Assembly (NCBI GenBank): GCA_036339735.1
Contig: JAYZAL010000086.1
Span: 1 to 54,940, forward strand
Source of the DNA: Candidatus Poribacteria bacterium
GTDB lineage: Bacteria > Poribacteria > WGA-4E > UBA9662
DNA length: 54,940 bases
Direction of reading: 5' to 3'
Shown: one piece after another, positions 8,878 through 19,764 of the stretch
How the letters are laid out: each line of letters begins with the position of its first letter
Position numbering within the stretch: the stretch's first letter is position 1
Program-made: the position numbers and the translations under genes
Notes under the pieces: generated by a model
Database searches by the model: none
Told to the model about the DNA's origin: nothing
What the model saw: the letters and a program-made list of their open reading frames with translations, nothing else

Positions 8878-9903
8878 GTGTTTTGGATGTTTTCATTAAG
8901 TCGTTTGGGATTTAAGTCGTCTTTGTTTTTTTTGATTTTTATATCGGTTGTTTGGGGAAGTGTGTCGCTTACGCAAGCTGGTCAATTCAAGGTCGCATTA
9001 CTTACGCCAGGTGCGATTAGTGACGCCGGCTGGAATGCTTTAGCATACGATGGGCTCAAAGCAATTGAAAAAGAATTAGCAGCGAAAGTTAGCCATGTTG
9101 AGAGTAAGACGCCAGCCCAGTGGGAAGAGCATTTTCGTTTTTTTGCTAGTAACGGTTATGATCTTATTTTCGGCCATGGTTTTGAGTATCAGGATGCAGC
9201 TAAAACTGTTGGTAGAGAGTTCTCAGATACCACTTTTATTACTACTTCTGGTAACACGGTAGAAAAAAATGTAGCGTCGGTCGTTTTTGAATTGGAAGAA
9301 GCTACCTATTTGTTGGGAATAATTGCTGCCTCGATGTCCAAAACTGGGAAAATTGGTGCTATTGGCGGTATGAATATCCCACCTATCAACAGTACATTTC
9401 ATGCTTTTATCCAAGGCGCCAAGTCAGTAAACTCGAAAATTCAGATTTCTAAATCTTACGTAGGTAATTGGGAAGATGTGGGGAAGGCTAAAGAGTTGGC
9501 CTTGTCACAAATTGCTGAGGGTGTAGATTTAATTTTTCATAATGCAGACGCCGCTGGTGTTGGTGTATTTGAAGCTGTCTCTAACAGTCGAAAAGAAGGT
9601 AAATCGGTCTTTGCTTTTGGTTCAAATCGGAACCAAAACGAGGTTGCCCCCGATGCAGTTCTGGCTAGTGCAGTGATCGATACATCAGCCTTCGTTCGTA
9701 TTGCTAAGATCGTCAAGGAAGGGAAATTTGAAGCTAAAGTAATGATGACAGGTATGGCACAAAATGAAGCGATTAAATTAGTTTACAATCCTAATTTAAA
9801 ATCATATGTGCCAAAATCCGTACAAGAGAATGTCGAGAAAGTCAGACAACAAATAATCGCTGGTAGTTTCAAAGCTCCACGTCCTCAATTCCTAGAAAAT
9901 TAA
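8878..9903 (+). CDS. BMP/PnrA family ABC substrate-binding protein (nucleoside-type)
   Basis: DAGWNALAYDGL, GYDLIFGHGFEY, SKTGKIGAIGG, YVGNWED. Confidence 0.88.
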   Translation: MFWMFSLSRLGFKSSLFFLIFISVVWGSVSLTQAGQFKVALLTPGAISDAGWNALAYDGLKAIEKELAAKVSHVESKTPAQWEEHFRFFASNGYDLIFGHGFEYQDAAKTVGREFSDTTFITTSGNTVEKNVASVVFELEEATYLLGIIAASMSKTGKIGAIGGMNIPPINSTFHAFIQGAKSVNSKIQISKSYVGNWEDVGKAKELALSQIAEGVDLIFHNADAAGVGVFEAVSNSRKEGKSVFAFGSNRNQNEVAPDAVLASAVIDTSAFVRIAKIVKEGKFEAKVMMTGMAQNEAIKLVYNPNLKSYVPKSVQENVEKVRQQIIAGSFKAPRPQFLEN

Positions 9904-9943
9904 CCACGAATCGACCGCTGAGACGAGGGAGGTTTTACTTGTA

Positions 9944-12481
9944 ATGAGTTTGAAGAATAATTTGCGATGGTATTTCCCAATTTTCTCCACTTTCCTATTA
10001 TGCTTCCTAGTTGATACCGCAAGAGGGATTGAATCAGATCCTGTTGTGGCTGATACTATATCAGTTGAGTTACCCCCTGTTCAAGCGCTGAAATTGACTC
10101 CAAGCAGGCTTTTTTTGAAAAATGCCAGTGATGTTCGGCGTATCTTAGTTTCTGCTCAGACTCAGTCGGGAGAATGGATAGATGTAACGAGCCAAGCCAA
10201 ATTATCCAATGTAGGTCCAGAAGTTAGTATAGGACCGCAGAATTCAATTCATCCTGCAGAAAAGGGGACAGGGCAGGTCATGGTTATTTATGCTGGCTTA
10301 ACCGTTAAACTCCCAATTAAAGTGGAAAGTATGGAGCAGCGACCAGTTAGTTTTGTTCGTGAAGTAGCACCTACCCTCAGCCGATTAGGTTGTAATTCTG
10401 GGACTTGTCATGGGGCAGCCAAAGGTAAAAACGGTTTTAAACTCTCATTACGTGGGTATGACCTAGACTTTGATTATCAGGCATTAGTAAAAGACTTGTC
10501 CGGCCGTCGATTCAATCGAACAGTCCCAGAAAAGAGCTTGATGCTCCTTAAACCGACACAAGGTATACCACACGAGGGCGGATTTGTACTCGACCCAAAA
10601 TCAAAGCACTACCAGTTATTGATAAAATGGATAGAAGAAGGGGTCAAGTCTGACGTGTCGAAAAAAAATAAGGTAGAAAAACTAGAGGTCATACCTGAGC
10701 AAGCTACCATTCAGTTGCCTGGCATGAAGCAGCAAGTTTTAGTTATCGCTCACTATGATGATGGATCCTCAAGGGACGTTACTGACATGGCTATTTATTC
10801 ATCTAGCTTGCAAGACATTGCAGTAGTATCCGAAAAAGGGTTAGTTACCGCTGCTCGTCGTGGTGAGGCCTCTGTGTTGGTACGCTATGAAGGTCTATAC
10901 AAAACTAGCCAGATCACAGTTATGGGAGATCGATCTGATTTTCGCTGGATAGAAACTAACACCTATAACTACATTGACGAAGCGGTTTATGAGAAACTCA
11001 AACAGTTTAAAATCTTACCGGCAGCTGTTTCGACCGATACAGAGTTTGTCCGTCGAATTTATCTAGATTTGACAGGCCTACCTCCAACACCTAATCAGGT
11101 TCGGACATTTTTGAATGACCAGAATTCTTCTCAAAAAAAACGCAGTTTACTAATTGATCAACTGCTAGATAGTCCTGAGTTTGTCGATCATTGGACCCAT
11201 AAGTGGGCAGATTTATTGCAGTGCAACCGGAAGTTCTTAGGCGATCGAGGTGTTTGGCTGTTTCGTAACTGGATCCGAAATGCTGTAAAAACAAACAAAC
11301 CTTATGACCAGATGGTGCAAGATTTGCTCTTAGCTAACGGTAGTACCTATAAAAATCCTGCCGCAAATTATTATCGGGTATCAAGTGGGCCGGTTAAAGA
11401 AGGGAATCGAAATATTGGATTAGAAGTCAAAACTGATGCTGCGACTGAAAGTGCAACACAGCTATTTCTAGGTGTACGATTTTCCTGTAATAAGTGCCAC
11501 GATCACCCTTTTGAAAAATGGACACAGAATCAATATTACGAATTTTCGTCATTTTTCAGTGAAGTTGGTGTAAAGAGAGGAAAATTGCCAGACGAGCAAA
11601 TCATCTATCCTAAATACAAGCCAGTTGGAGGTGTTGAGCACCCAAAGACTGGACAAATTGTAAAGGCTAACGTGCCTTTTGGTCAATTAGATCCACTAAA
11701 ATCAGATCCACGTTTGGCTCTGGTTAACTGGTTAACCTCCAAAGACAATCCATTGTTTGCACGGTCCATGGCAAACCGAATGTGGAGTTATTTTTTTGGA
11801 CGTGGAATTATCGAACCCGTGGATGATATTCGTTCTAGTAATCCGCCAAGTAATCCAAAACTGCTAGACTTATTAACGGAAGATTTTATTGATCATCAAT
11901 TTGATTTGAAACACCTGATTCGAACCATTGTTCATTCGCGTGTCTATCAGCATAGCATAGATACTAATAGTTGGAACGAAACCGATACTGTCAATTTTTC
12001 TCGGGCCATCCCCAGGCGACTAACAGCAGAACAACTTCTCGATTCTATCATGTCTGCTACGGGTAGTCGTACTAGTTTTGATGATATGCCATCTGGAATC
12101 AGAACTACACAATTACCGGACAGTAATTTGGATGATCATGGTTTTTTAAAACTATTTGGACGGCCAGAACGTGAATCAGTTTGTGAGTGCGAAAGAGTCA
12201 GTGAAGTGAGCCTATCACATGCCTTGACACTAATTAACGGTCCAACTATAGCTGAAGCAATCAAGGACAAGAAAGGCCGAATTGCGCAATTGGCAGAAAA
12301 AGACATTGAAGATTCAGATTTAATCGAAGAAATATATCTGGCTACTTTGTCTCGTTTGCCAGATACCAGTGAAAAAAATAGTGCATTGGACTATATTAGC
12401 TCCGCTCAGAATAAAATTGAAGGAGCTCAAGATTTAATGTGGGCATTGATTAACAGCCCTGCATTTTTGTTTAATCACTAA
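9944..12481 (+). CDS. DUF1549/DUF1553 (PSCyt2/PSD1) protein with Ig-like domain
   Basis: GCNSGTCHG, FVRRIYLDLTGLPP, CNKCHDHPF, NRMWSYFFGRGIIEPVDD, RRLTAEQLLD, CECER, WALINSPAFLFNH. Confidence 0.92.
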   Translation: MSLKNNLRWYFPIFSTFLLCFLVDTARGIESDPVVADTISVELPPVQALKLTPSRLFLKNASDVRRILVSAQTQSGEWIDVTSQAKLSNVGPEVSIGPQNSIHPAEKGTGQVMVIYAGLTVKLPIKVESMEQRPVSFVREVAPTLSRLGCNSGTCHGAAKGKNGFKLSLRGYDLDFDYQALVKDLSGRRFNRTVPEKSLMLLKPTQGIPHEGGFVLDPKSKHYQLLIKWIEEGVKSDVSKKNKVEKLEVIPEQATIQLPGMKQQVLVIAHYDDGSSRDVTDMAIYSSSLQDIAVVSEKGLVTAARRGEASVLVRYEGLYKTSQITVMGDRSDFRWIETNTYNYIDEAVYEKLKQFKILPAAVSTDTEFVRRIYLDLTGLPPTPNQVRTFLNDQNSSQKKRSLLIDQLLDSPEFVDHWTHKWADLLQCNRKFLGDRGVWLFRNWIRNAVKTNKPYDQMVQDLLLANGSTYKNPAANYYRVSSGPVKEGNRNIGLEVKTDAATESATQLFLGVRFSCNKCHDHPFEKWTQNQYYEFSSFFSEVGVKRGKLPDEQIIYPKYKPVGGVEHPKTGQIVKANVPFGQLDPLKSDPRLALVNWLTSKDNPLFARSMANRMWSYFFGRGIIEPVDDIRSSNPPSNPKLLDLLTEDFIDHQFDLKHLIRTIVHSRVYQHSIDTNSWNETDTVNFSRAIPRRLTAEQLLDSIMSATGSRTSFDDMPSGIRTTQLPDSNLDDHGFLKLFGRPERESVCECERVSEVSLSHALTLINGPTIAEAIKDKKGRIAQLAEKDIEDSDLIEEIYLATLSRLPDTSEKNSALDYISSAQNKIEGAQDLMWALINSPAFLFNH

Positions 12482-12500
12482 CTTCAAGGAGGATACGTAC

Positions 12501-13949
12501 ATGTTATCTATTCCGGGAAAACAGAGTCGTTTGTGCGACGGTTTAAGTAGACGAGAGTTTATTAGGGTCGGTGGTTCAGCAATGCTTGGTATTAGCTTAC
12601 CACAAATTTTGGCCTTAGAAGCTAAAGCCAGTAATAATATTGACCTGACTAAAACCGGAAACGGGTTTGGTCGAGCCAAGTCAGTCATCTTAATTTTTCT
12701 TCAGGGTGGCCCCAGCCACATTGACATTTGGGATCCAAAGCCAGAAGCACCATCCAATGTTCGAGGGGAATTTAAGCCAATCAAAACCAAGGTTCCCGGG
12801 ATTTGGCTATCAGAGACTATGCCCAAGCTCGCCCAACAAATGGATAAAGCTACGCTAATTCGGTCAGTTAGTTATACCCCAGTTGGTCTATTCAACCATA
12901 CTGCTGCTATGTATCAAATGCTGACAGGTGAGACACCTGACAAAGTAGCCCCATCAGGACAATTGGATCCACCTACACCTGCAGATCATCCAAATGTTGC
13001 TGCGCATGTTTCTAAGTTGAAACCACTCGACCAACCGATGCTATCTGCAGTCCAATTACCTCGACCACTACAAGAAAGTAATATAATTGGTAAAGGGGGA
13101 ACAGCTGGTTTCCTTGGTCGAGCTTATGACCCATACTACCTTTTTCAAGACCCGAACGGACAGATCAAGTTTGACGAGCTCGAACTTAGAGAAGAAATTC
13201 CAGCTCCGAGACTCCAACGCAGAGCTAGCTTATTGAAAACTATTAACGAAAGTATGCCCGAATTGGAACAAGCAGCAAGCGACTATGCCTTGAATGAATA
13301 TTATTCCAAAGCTTATGACTTAATTTTATCCCAGAGGGCTAGAAATGCGTTTGATCTACGCCAAGAAACTGATCAAGTGCGAGATAAATATGGACGGAAT
13401 ACCTTTGGGCAGAGCGTTTTACTGGCACGCCGATTGATCGAGTCAGGTACTCGATTTGTACAGGTCAACTGGCCATCGGTGGCTAACGGTAATCCGCTAA
13501 CAACGGCTTGGGATACGCATGCGGCTAATTTCGGTCCCCTGAAAGACTTACACTGTCCCAAACTAGACAGTGCCCTATCTTCTTTGTTAGAGGAATTAGA
13601 CGAACGCGGATTATTAGACGAAACCCTTGTTTTAGCAATTGGTGAGTTTGGTCGCTCACCTCGTTTAGGAGTCAGTACTTCTGGCAATAGTAATGCTCCC
13701 GATGGTAGAGACCATTGGCCATACTGTTATACTGGTCTGATGGCTGGTGCAGGTATTGGCCGAGGGCAAGTCTATGGCAAGTCGGATGCCACCGGGTCTA
13801 CACCCTTGGAAAAACCGGTCCACCCTAAGGAGATTTTAGCTACTGTTTATCACGCTCTTGGTATTGATCCAATGACTACAGTCTTCAATCACTTGGATCA
13901 ACCCCGTGAGTTGGTTCAAGCCGAACCAGTTTATAAATTATTTGGTTGA
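12501..13949 (+). CDS. DUF1501 domain protein
   Basis: Tat-like SRREFI; GGPSHIDIWDPKP, WDTH, GEFGRSP, GRDHWP; AAGGAGG RBS. Confidence 0.93.
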   Translation: MLSIPGKQSRLCDGLSRREFIRVGGSAMLGISLPQILALEAKASNNIDLTKTGNGFGRAKSVILIFLQGGPSHIDIWDPKPEAPSNVRGEFKPIKTKVPGIWLSETMPKLAQQMDKATLIRSVSYTPVGLFNHTAAMYQMLTGETPDKVAPSGQLDPPTPADHPNVAAHVSKLKPLDQPMLSAVQLPRPLQESNIIGKGGTAGFLGRAYDPYYLFQDPNGQIKFDELELREEIPAPRLQRRASLLKTINESMPELEQAASDYALNEYYSKAYDLILSQRARNAFDLRQETDQVRDKYGRNTFGQSVLLARRLIESGTRFVQVNWPSVANGNPLTTAWDTHAANFGPLKDLHCPKLDSALSSLLEELDERGLLDETLVLAIGEFGRSPRLGVSTSGNSNAPDGRDHWPYCYTGLMAGAGIGRGQVYGKSDATGSTPLEKPVHPKEILATVYHALGIDPMTTVFNHLDQPRELVQAEPVYKLFG

Positions 13950-14009
13950 TTACCTTGAATCTCGCAAATATCGATATAGTACACGCTAACCGGTAGTTGG
14001 CTCAAGATT

Positions 14010-16436
14010 TTGGTAAATGGTAGGTACAGCTTGTCATCAAACAGAACTATGATCTTGCCTGTTCCGTTTCCTTGGCACTACTTTAGGCTTGGTTGTTTCC
14101 TATTTATCCTTGGTTTGTCTATCACTGGAATAAGTGCACAAGAAAGTCCTCAATTAATCTCAGTTCGGCCTCTGGCTGGTCAGCGAGGTACGGAAATTTT
14201 TATTCGATTGTCAGGCAAATCTCTTCGAGATGCAAGTCAAATTTTGACTGGCTCAGAACAGATCGTAGCTAACATCGAAAAAGTCAAGAGGAATCCTACT
14301 GTCTCATTTAGCGGCCAAGGTTTGGTAGCAGAGATTCCAACTCAAGACGAATTAACGGTAAACCTATTCATTGATGCTAATTCTCCGGTTGGTACCCATC
14401 CCCTGAGAGTCGTAACACCAAATGGTGTCTCAAACGCTCTTCAGTTTATTATTAGCGACCTACCAGAGTTCACAGAAATAGAACCTAATCCTGAAATAGA
14501 CTCAGCTAATTCAATTAGCTTGCCAGTTACGATTAACGGAACAATCGATGCTCCTGGTGATGTTGACTCCTTCAAGTTTTGGGCAAAAAAAGACCAATAC
14601 TTAATTTTTGATTTGTCTGCTATAAACATAGGTTCGAAATTAGATTCAATTTTAACCATCTATAGTGAAAAAGGCGTAGTTTTAAGCCAAAATGATACAA
14701 GTACTAGCCTAGATGCAAATATTGAGTATAAAATTGTAGCCGACGGTAATTATATCTTGCAGGTGAAAGACCTACGTTATAGAGGTGGGAAACAGTTCTT
14801 TTACCGATTGAGCGTAGGTGAATTGCCTCGAGTCGATGCGATTTTCCCACTGGGGGGGAAAGTAGGTTCCGAAAATTCGATTACTCTAACTGGTCGTAAC
14901 CTGAAAGGTGTGAATTCGATGCAGTTGTCGATTTCACCTTCTGCTCTAATCGGTATCCAACAGTTGCGAGTTACGACATCTGACGATATGTCAAGTAATG
15001 AATTTCCTTTTTCGATTAATGGTTACAACGAAATTCTTGAAACAGAGCCGAATAATGCATCAGCCACAAGTAATTCACTTCTACCGTCGCAAATAGTAAA
15101 TGGCTTAATTGACCCAGCCAACGATCTCGATTATTACAAAATTGAAGTCAAATCTAAGGAACGCTTATTAATTGAACTCACTGCAGACCGCCTCAATTCA
15201 CAATTAGATGCGGTCGTACAAATTTTTGGTCCTAAAGGTGATTTAGTTATTGACAATGACGATACTATTGGGCCTGATGCCGTAATTGATCATACATTCT
15301 CAACAAGTGGTGAATACGTGATTGAGATACGGGACATTAATGGACGTGGAGGGAAAACCTACGGTTATCGACTACAAGCTAGGTATTTAAATCCTAACTT
15401 CCTTGTTAGTGTAGACGCTGATACATTAAGAGTTAGCCGTCGTAGTTGTACCATCTTACCAGTGAGTTTGACACGACTTGATGGTTTTGATCAGGCAATA
15501 CAACTATCGGTTTTAAATTTGCCTCCCGGAATTACGGCTGGCAAAATTATCGTTGAGCCAAATCAAAACAGGGCTTTATTGTCATTGTCAGCTGATAAGA
15601 CAGCTGAGCTAAACTGGACTGAGATTATCCTGTCAGCGACGAGTAGTTTAGCTGGCGATCGTATAGTGAAAAAATCCAAGCCAATTTACTTAACGGTAAT
15701 CGATGCGGCCCCATTTCGCTTAACATTAGCAGAGTTAAGTGTTAATTTACTCCAAACTAAATCAGCTAAACTTCATGTTAAACTGGACCGACAATCGAAT
15801 TTTACTGGACCGGTCAAATTATCTGTGATTGGTCTACCTGCCAACGTGATATCATCTGATCCGACTATTACTTATGAACACAATCAGGCGTCAATTTCAT
15901 TGAGAGGTATCAACTTCGTTGCACGGGAATTATTTCCAGTAGTACCCGCAAAAGGTCGGTATACTATATCGGTCAGTGGAAGTACGACAATCGATAATCA
16001 ACCCGTTACCCAATCTTCTGCTGTCATTGCACTAACCATAGATGAGGCGCCATTCACGCTTACGGCTACACCTGTCATTCAAAGTTTCGTGTTACCAATT
16101 GTTAAAAGTCAGTCTGAACAAATAGAAGGACTTACCGAAATTGAGCAAATTGCAATACAAACAAAACCAGTTGGGACTGCTATTATTGAGATTAGTGCGA
16201 CTCGTCAAGGTAACTTCACTGGTGCCATAGATCTGTCTCCGGTAAACTTCCCTGATGGATTAAGCATGTCAGATGCCGATATTCAGGACCAAGAAGATAA
16301 AGTATCGTTAACCTTTTCTGCTTACTCACAATTAGAAACAAAAACTTATAAGGTGAAAATATCCGGTCATGCGATGGTTAACGGTCAACCTTTCACTCAA
16401 GAATCACCTGAAATTACCATCAAAATCATTCGCTAA
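14010..16436 (+). CDS. PPC (pre-peptidase C-terminal) repeat surface protein of DUF1553/DUF1501 clusters
   Basis: E.EPN motifs, GDVDSFKF, DLRYRGG..YRL repeats. The true start may be the ATG near 14049. Confidence 0.8.
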   Translation: MVNGRYSLSSNRTMILPVPFPWHYFRLGCFLFILGLSITGISAQESPQLISVRPLAGQRGTEIFIRLSGKSLRDASQILTGSEQIVANIEKVKRNPTVSFSGQGLVAEIPTQDELTVNLFIDANSPVGTHPLRVVTPNGVSNALQFIISDLPEFTEIEPNPEIDSANSISLPVTINGTIDAPGDVDSFKFWAKKDQYLIFDLSAINIGSKLDSILTIYSEKGVVLSQNDTSTSLDANIEYKIVADGNYILQVKDLRYRGGKQFFYRLSVGELPRVDAIFPLGGKVGSENSITLTGRNLKGVNSMQLSISPSALIGIQQLRVTTSDDMSSNEFPFSINGYNEILETEPNNASATSNSLLPSQIVNGLIDPANDLDYYKIEVKSKERLLIELTADRLNSQLDAVVQIFGPKGDLVIDNDDTIGPDAVIDHTFSTSGEYVIEIRDINGRGGKTYGYRLQARYLNPNFLVSVDADTLRVSRRSCTILPVSLTRLDGFDQAIQLSVLNLPPGITAGKIIVEPNQNRALLSLSADKTAELNWTEIILSATSSLAGDRIVKKSKPIYLTVIDAAPFRLTLAELSVNLLQTKSAKLHVKLDRQSNFTGPVKLSVIGLPANVISSDPTITYEHNQASISLRGINFVARELFPVVPAKGRYTISVSGSTTIDNQPVTQSSAVIALTIDEAPFTLTATPVIQSFVLPIVKSQSEQIEGLTEIEQIAIQTKPVGTAIIEISATRQGNFTGAIDLSPVNFPDGLSMSDADIQDQEDKVSLTFSAYSQLETKTYKVKISGHAMVNGQPFTQESPEITIKIIR

Positions 16437-16463
16437 ATATACTTAAATTGTAGAGGTTAAACT

Positions 16464-17417
16464 ATGTTGCAAAAATCTAGAGTTGGATTGGCACAAACGG
16501 GAGATCGAAAAGAGAATGTACGTCAATCTTTAGAGTTGGTGAAAGAAAGCCTAATACCAAAGCTTGCCGACCAAGTTTTGTTAAAACCCAATTTCCTTTC
16601 CAGTACAAACCAGTTGGCCTCAACTCATCCTGACGCTATTCGTGGAGTCATAGACTTTTTGCTCTCAACTGACATACCACCCAAGGAGATTTTGATCGCT
16701 GAAGGAGCAAATGAGGCTTTTTCCGGTGAGGCTTACGATAATTTCGGATACAATAAGTTGCTTGAGGAATATGATGTGCCAATTCACCTTATCGACTTAC
16801 ACCAAGAGAATAGTTGGCAGGAAGAGGTTATTTATTTAGCTGACTGGCAAACATATCAGGTTAGGATGCCTAAAATAGTATTGGATTGTCCTTGTACCAT
16901 TTCTGTGGCAGTTGCAAAAACGCATGATGTTGATGTGGTGACATTAGCACTAAAAAACATGATTATGGGAACTTTACACAAAGATGATCGTGTTAAGATG
17001 CATGGTTATCCTACCCACGGTGAGCGGAAACGACCCAGAGAAGCACAGATCTTGAACATGAATTTGACTCGGATTGCACACCATCTTTCTCCACATATAG
17101 GTGTCGTAGATGGCACAATTGGTTTACAAGGCGATGGGCCAGGTGGAACAGACACGGTTGATCTCGATATCGCAGTTTCGGGGGCAGACGTCTTTGCGAC
17201 TGATGCGGTTGCGACTAAAGCCATGGGATTTAACCCCTGGGATATTGGGTTATTTCAGTATGCTACCGACATTGGTCTTGGGATTGCTGACTTAGAACGA
17301 ATTGAGGTTGTCGGCAAGCCAATAGATGAAGTCGCCATACCGTTTAAGCCTCACCAGTGGATTGAACAACAATATCAATGGCAAGACCCTGACGCTCTTC
17401 ATCATATTCGTCTTTAA
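16464..17417 (+). CDS. DUF362 domain protein
   Basis: LLKPN, STHP, KTH, TLALKN, VVDG..G..G.GP, ATDAVAT. Confidence 0.85.
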   Translation: MLQKSRVGLAQTGDRKENVRQSLELVKESLIPKLADQVLLKPNFLSSTNQLASTHPDAIRGVIDFLLSTDIPPKEILIAEGANEAFSGEAYDNFGYNKLLEEYDVPIHLIDLHQENSWQEEVIYLADWQTYQVRMPKIVLDCPCTISVAVAKTHDVDVVTLALKNMIMGTLHKDDRVKMHGYPTHGERKRPREAQILNMNLTRIAHHLSPHIGVVDGTIGLQGDGPGGTDTVDLDIAVSGADVFATDAVATKAMGFNPWDIGLFQYATDIGLGIADLERIEVVGKPIDEVAIPFKPHQWIEQQYQWQDPDALHHIRL

Positions 17418-17447
17418 AATTTCAGGATATACCTACCGGAGAATCAA

Positions 17448-18935
17448 ATGAAAAAAAAACAACTCATCTTTCACATTTTGGGCTGGATGTTGTCACTGGG
17501 GGTTGGGTTTCCCTTATTGAGCTATTCTGCTAACGTCTTGGTTGTCAAAGGGGAAATCCAAAATCAGGACGACCAAATTTCTCTTAAAGATTTACAAATC
17601 ACAATAGCCAACAAGAAACGAAAAATCAGTCAGAGAGGTTTAGTTGACGGGCAGTTTTTTCAAGCTACCTTTTTAGATTTTACAGGTAGTGTGGCCGAAG
17701 TTGGAGAAACATTCGAAGTCAATGCCAAATTAGTTTCTGGAGAATCCGTTAGTAATGTGAGCCATATTTTGACCGAAGGTGATATTGTTGCGGCGGTCGC
17801 TGAGATCAATTTGACAATTTATCCTAAGCCCAAAATTAACGATGTTGCACCAGCCAAAGGGGTGACCGAAGGCAACACACCAATCAAAATTACCGGGACT
17901 AATTTTCGGGATGGAGCCTCATTGATAATTGGCGAAAATGTCGCAGTGGCAACTACAATCAATAGTGAAAATGAAATAACCGCTCTAACCCCCGTAGGTG
18001 TGGTTGGATCGATAGACCTAACGGTTACCAATAGTGATGGTCGGTCAGACACATTATCTAAAGCGTTCACTTATATTCAGTTACCACCAACAATTTTGAC
18101 AGTTACACCATTGGCTGCGGATATCGCTGGCGGTAAAATCATAACTATTACAGGCGAAAACTTCGATAGTCAAGCCACAATTCAATTTGGCGAAGAAACG
18201 GGAATTGAGCCGGTCATTGGAAAAGAAAAAGTTACAGTTACAGTCCCTAAATCTAACATAGTGGGTGATGTCCCACTAATAGTAATTAACCCTGATGGGC
18301 AGAGAGTTGAGACTACTTTCTCATATGTTGAGGTGTTTCCTTGGGATGTAAACGGAAATGGTACGGTAGATATTTTTGATCTGGTCACGGTGGCCTCGGA
18401 ATTTGGGCAAACAGAAGTTGGATTATCCGGTGATGTAAATAGGGATGGTTCGGTTGATATCTTTGATTTGGTGGCGGTAGCATCCCACTTTGGTGAAACC
18501 ACCACTACCGTTTCTGCACCAACTATTGTTACGGACCAAATTGACCAATTAAAATTAGCGTTAGTACAACTTGAATCATCGAAACATTCACTGGCTGCCC
18601 AATTACTACGTCAGTGGATGACCGCTAATGGTCATTTACCAAAAGAGAGTCAGCTACTAACCAATTTCCCCAACCCTTTTAATCCAGAAACTTGGATTCC
18701 ATATCAACTGACCCATTCGTCCAGTGTTAGTCTGATAATATACGATGTCAATGGACAAGTGGTACGGCAAATAGAGGTTGGATACCAGTTGATGGGGTTG
18801 TATACCACAACCGATCAAGCCATCTACTGGGACGGTCGGGACGATTTAGGTGAGATTGTTACTAGTGGAGTTTATTTTTATACACTGATAGCTGATGATT
18901 TGTACCAAACAAAAAAGATGATTTTATTAAAATAA
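17448..18935 (+). CDS. secreted IPT/TIG + dockerin-like + FlgD-Ig/T9SS-like C-terminal domain protein
   Basis: Signal peptide, two IPT/TIG repeats, duplicated DVNxDGxVDIFDLVxVA, C-terminal NFPNPFNPETWIPYQL...YWDGRDD.GE.V.SGVYFY. Confidence 0.85.
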   Translation: MKKKQLIFHILGWMLSLGVGFPLLSYSANVLVVKGEIQNQDDQISLKDLQITIANKKRKISQRGLVDGQFFQATFLDFTGSVAEVGETFEVNAKLVSGESVSNVSHILTEGDIVAAVAEINLTIYPKPKINDVAPAKGVTEGNTPIKITGTNFRDGASLIIGENVAVATTINSENEITALTPVGVVGSIDLTVTNSDGRSDTLSKAFTYIQLPPTILTVTPLAADIAGGKIITITGENFDSQATIQFGEETGIEPVIGKEKVTVTVPKSNIVGDVPLIVINPDGQRVETTFSYVEVFPWDVNGNGTVDIFDLVTVASEFGQTEVGLSGDVNRDGSVDIFDLVAVASHFGETTTTVSAPTIVTDQIDQLKLALVQLESSKHSLAAQLLRQWMTANGHLPKESQLLTNFPNPFNPETWIPYQLTHSSSVSLIIYDVNGQVVRQIEVGYQLMGLYTTTDQAIYWDGRDDLGEIVTSGVYFYTLIADDLYQTKKMILLK

Positions 18936-18980
18936 ATTGTAAGAATTAGCTCGTCACACACTCAATTTGCAACTAAGTAA

Positions 18981-19751
18981 TTGATTAAATACCTAAGGCC
19001 GGAAGTTCTATTTTTGATTGTTCAGATACTAAAGCCTTGCTTAGCACGACGATCTATAGCTCGAATCTTCTGTTTTATAGCGTATGCTTCAGTTTTATTT
19101 ATAGTTAGAAATGGTGTTTCTCAGGTAAATTCAGAAAGTACAAATCCTATGTATAAAGTGGAGCGAGTTTCAATAGCTCCTGTTATTGATGGTTATTTAG
19201 ATGATCCAGCTTGGAAGAGGGCCAAGCTGGAAAGGCTACAGTGGGACTGCGAAAAAAAACAAATATGGAATCAGAAAGATAACTTTGAAGGATTATTTGC
19301 CAGTGTTTGGCATAATGATGCTCTTTACTTAGCCGTTAGACTGGAAGATAACTACTTCACCACCAAGCAGAAGGATATTCTAAAACGAGATCGGTTAGAA
19401 ATCCATTTTGACTTCGACAAGATTGGAAAGAAAAACGAAAAAAGTCAATACTTGGTGGCTGTTGGTAGCGATGATATGAAACAAAATTCGACACTCAATA
19501 CACTATTTTCTTGGAGCAAGACTGGTAAATCTTTTGAATTTCGACTGAGTTTGAAGGCGAAGCCAAACAAGGGAGACCAAGCTCATTTTGCTATTTTTTA
19601 TCACGATGTGGATGGAAATGCAGTTCGGCAAAAAGTCGGATGGTCCAGAAAGTCAGCTGATCAGTTGGGGCAATTAACCTTCACTAAAACTATGAATATT
19701 AACGCTGCCCATACACCAGTCCAATGGGGACGTATCAAAAGCTTGTATTGA
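18981..19751 (+). CDS. CBM9/DOMON-like sugar-binding protein with C-terminal WGxIK motif
   Basis: APVIDGYLDDPAW, WHNDALYLAV, DRLEIHFD; ends QWGRIKSLY. Start uncertain. Confidence 0.7.
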   Translation: MIKYLRPEVLFLIVQILKPCLARRSIARIFCFIAYASVLFIVRNGVSQVNSESTNPMYKVERVSIAPVIDGYLDDPAWKRAKLERLQWDCEKKQIWNQKDNFEGLFASVWHNDALYLAVRLEDNYFTTKQKDILKRDRLEIHFDFDKIGKKNEKSQYLVAVGSDDMKQNSTLNTLFSWSKTGKSFEFRLSLKAKPNKGDQAHFAIFYHDVDGNAVRQKVGWSRKSADQLGQLTFTKTMNINAAHTPVQWGRIKSLY

Positions 19752-19764
19752 TAGATCAAAAAAA

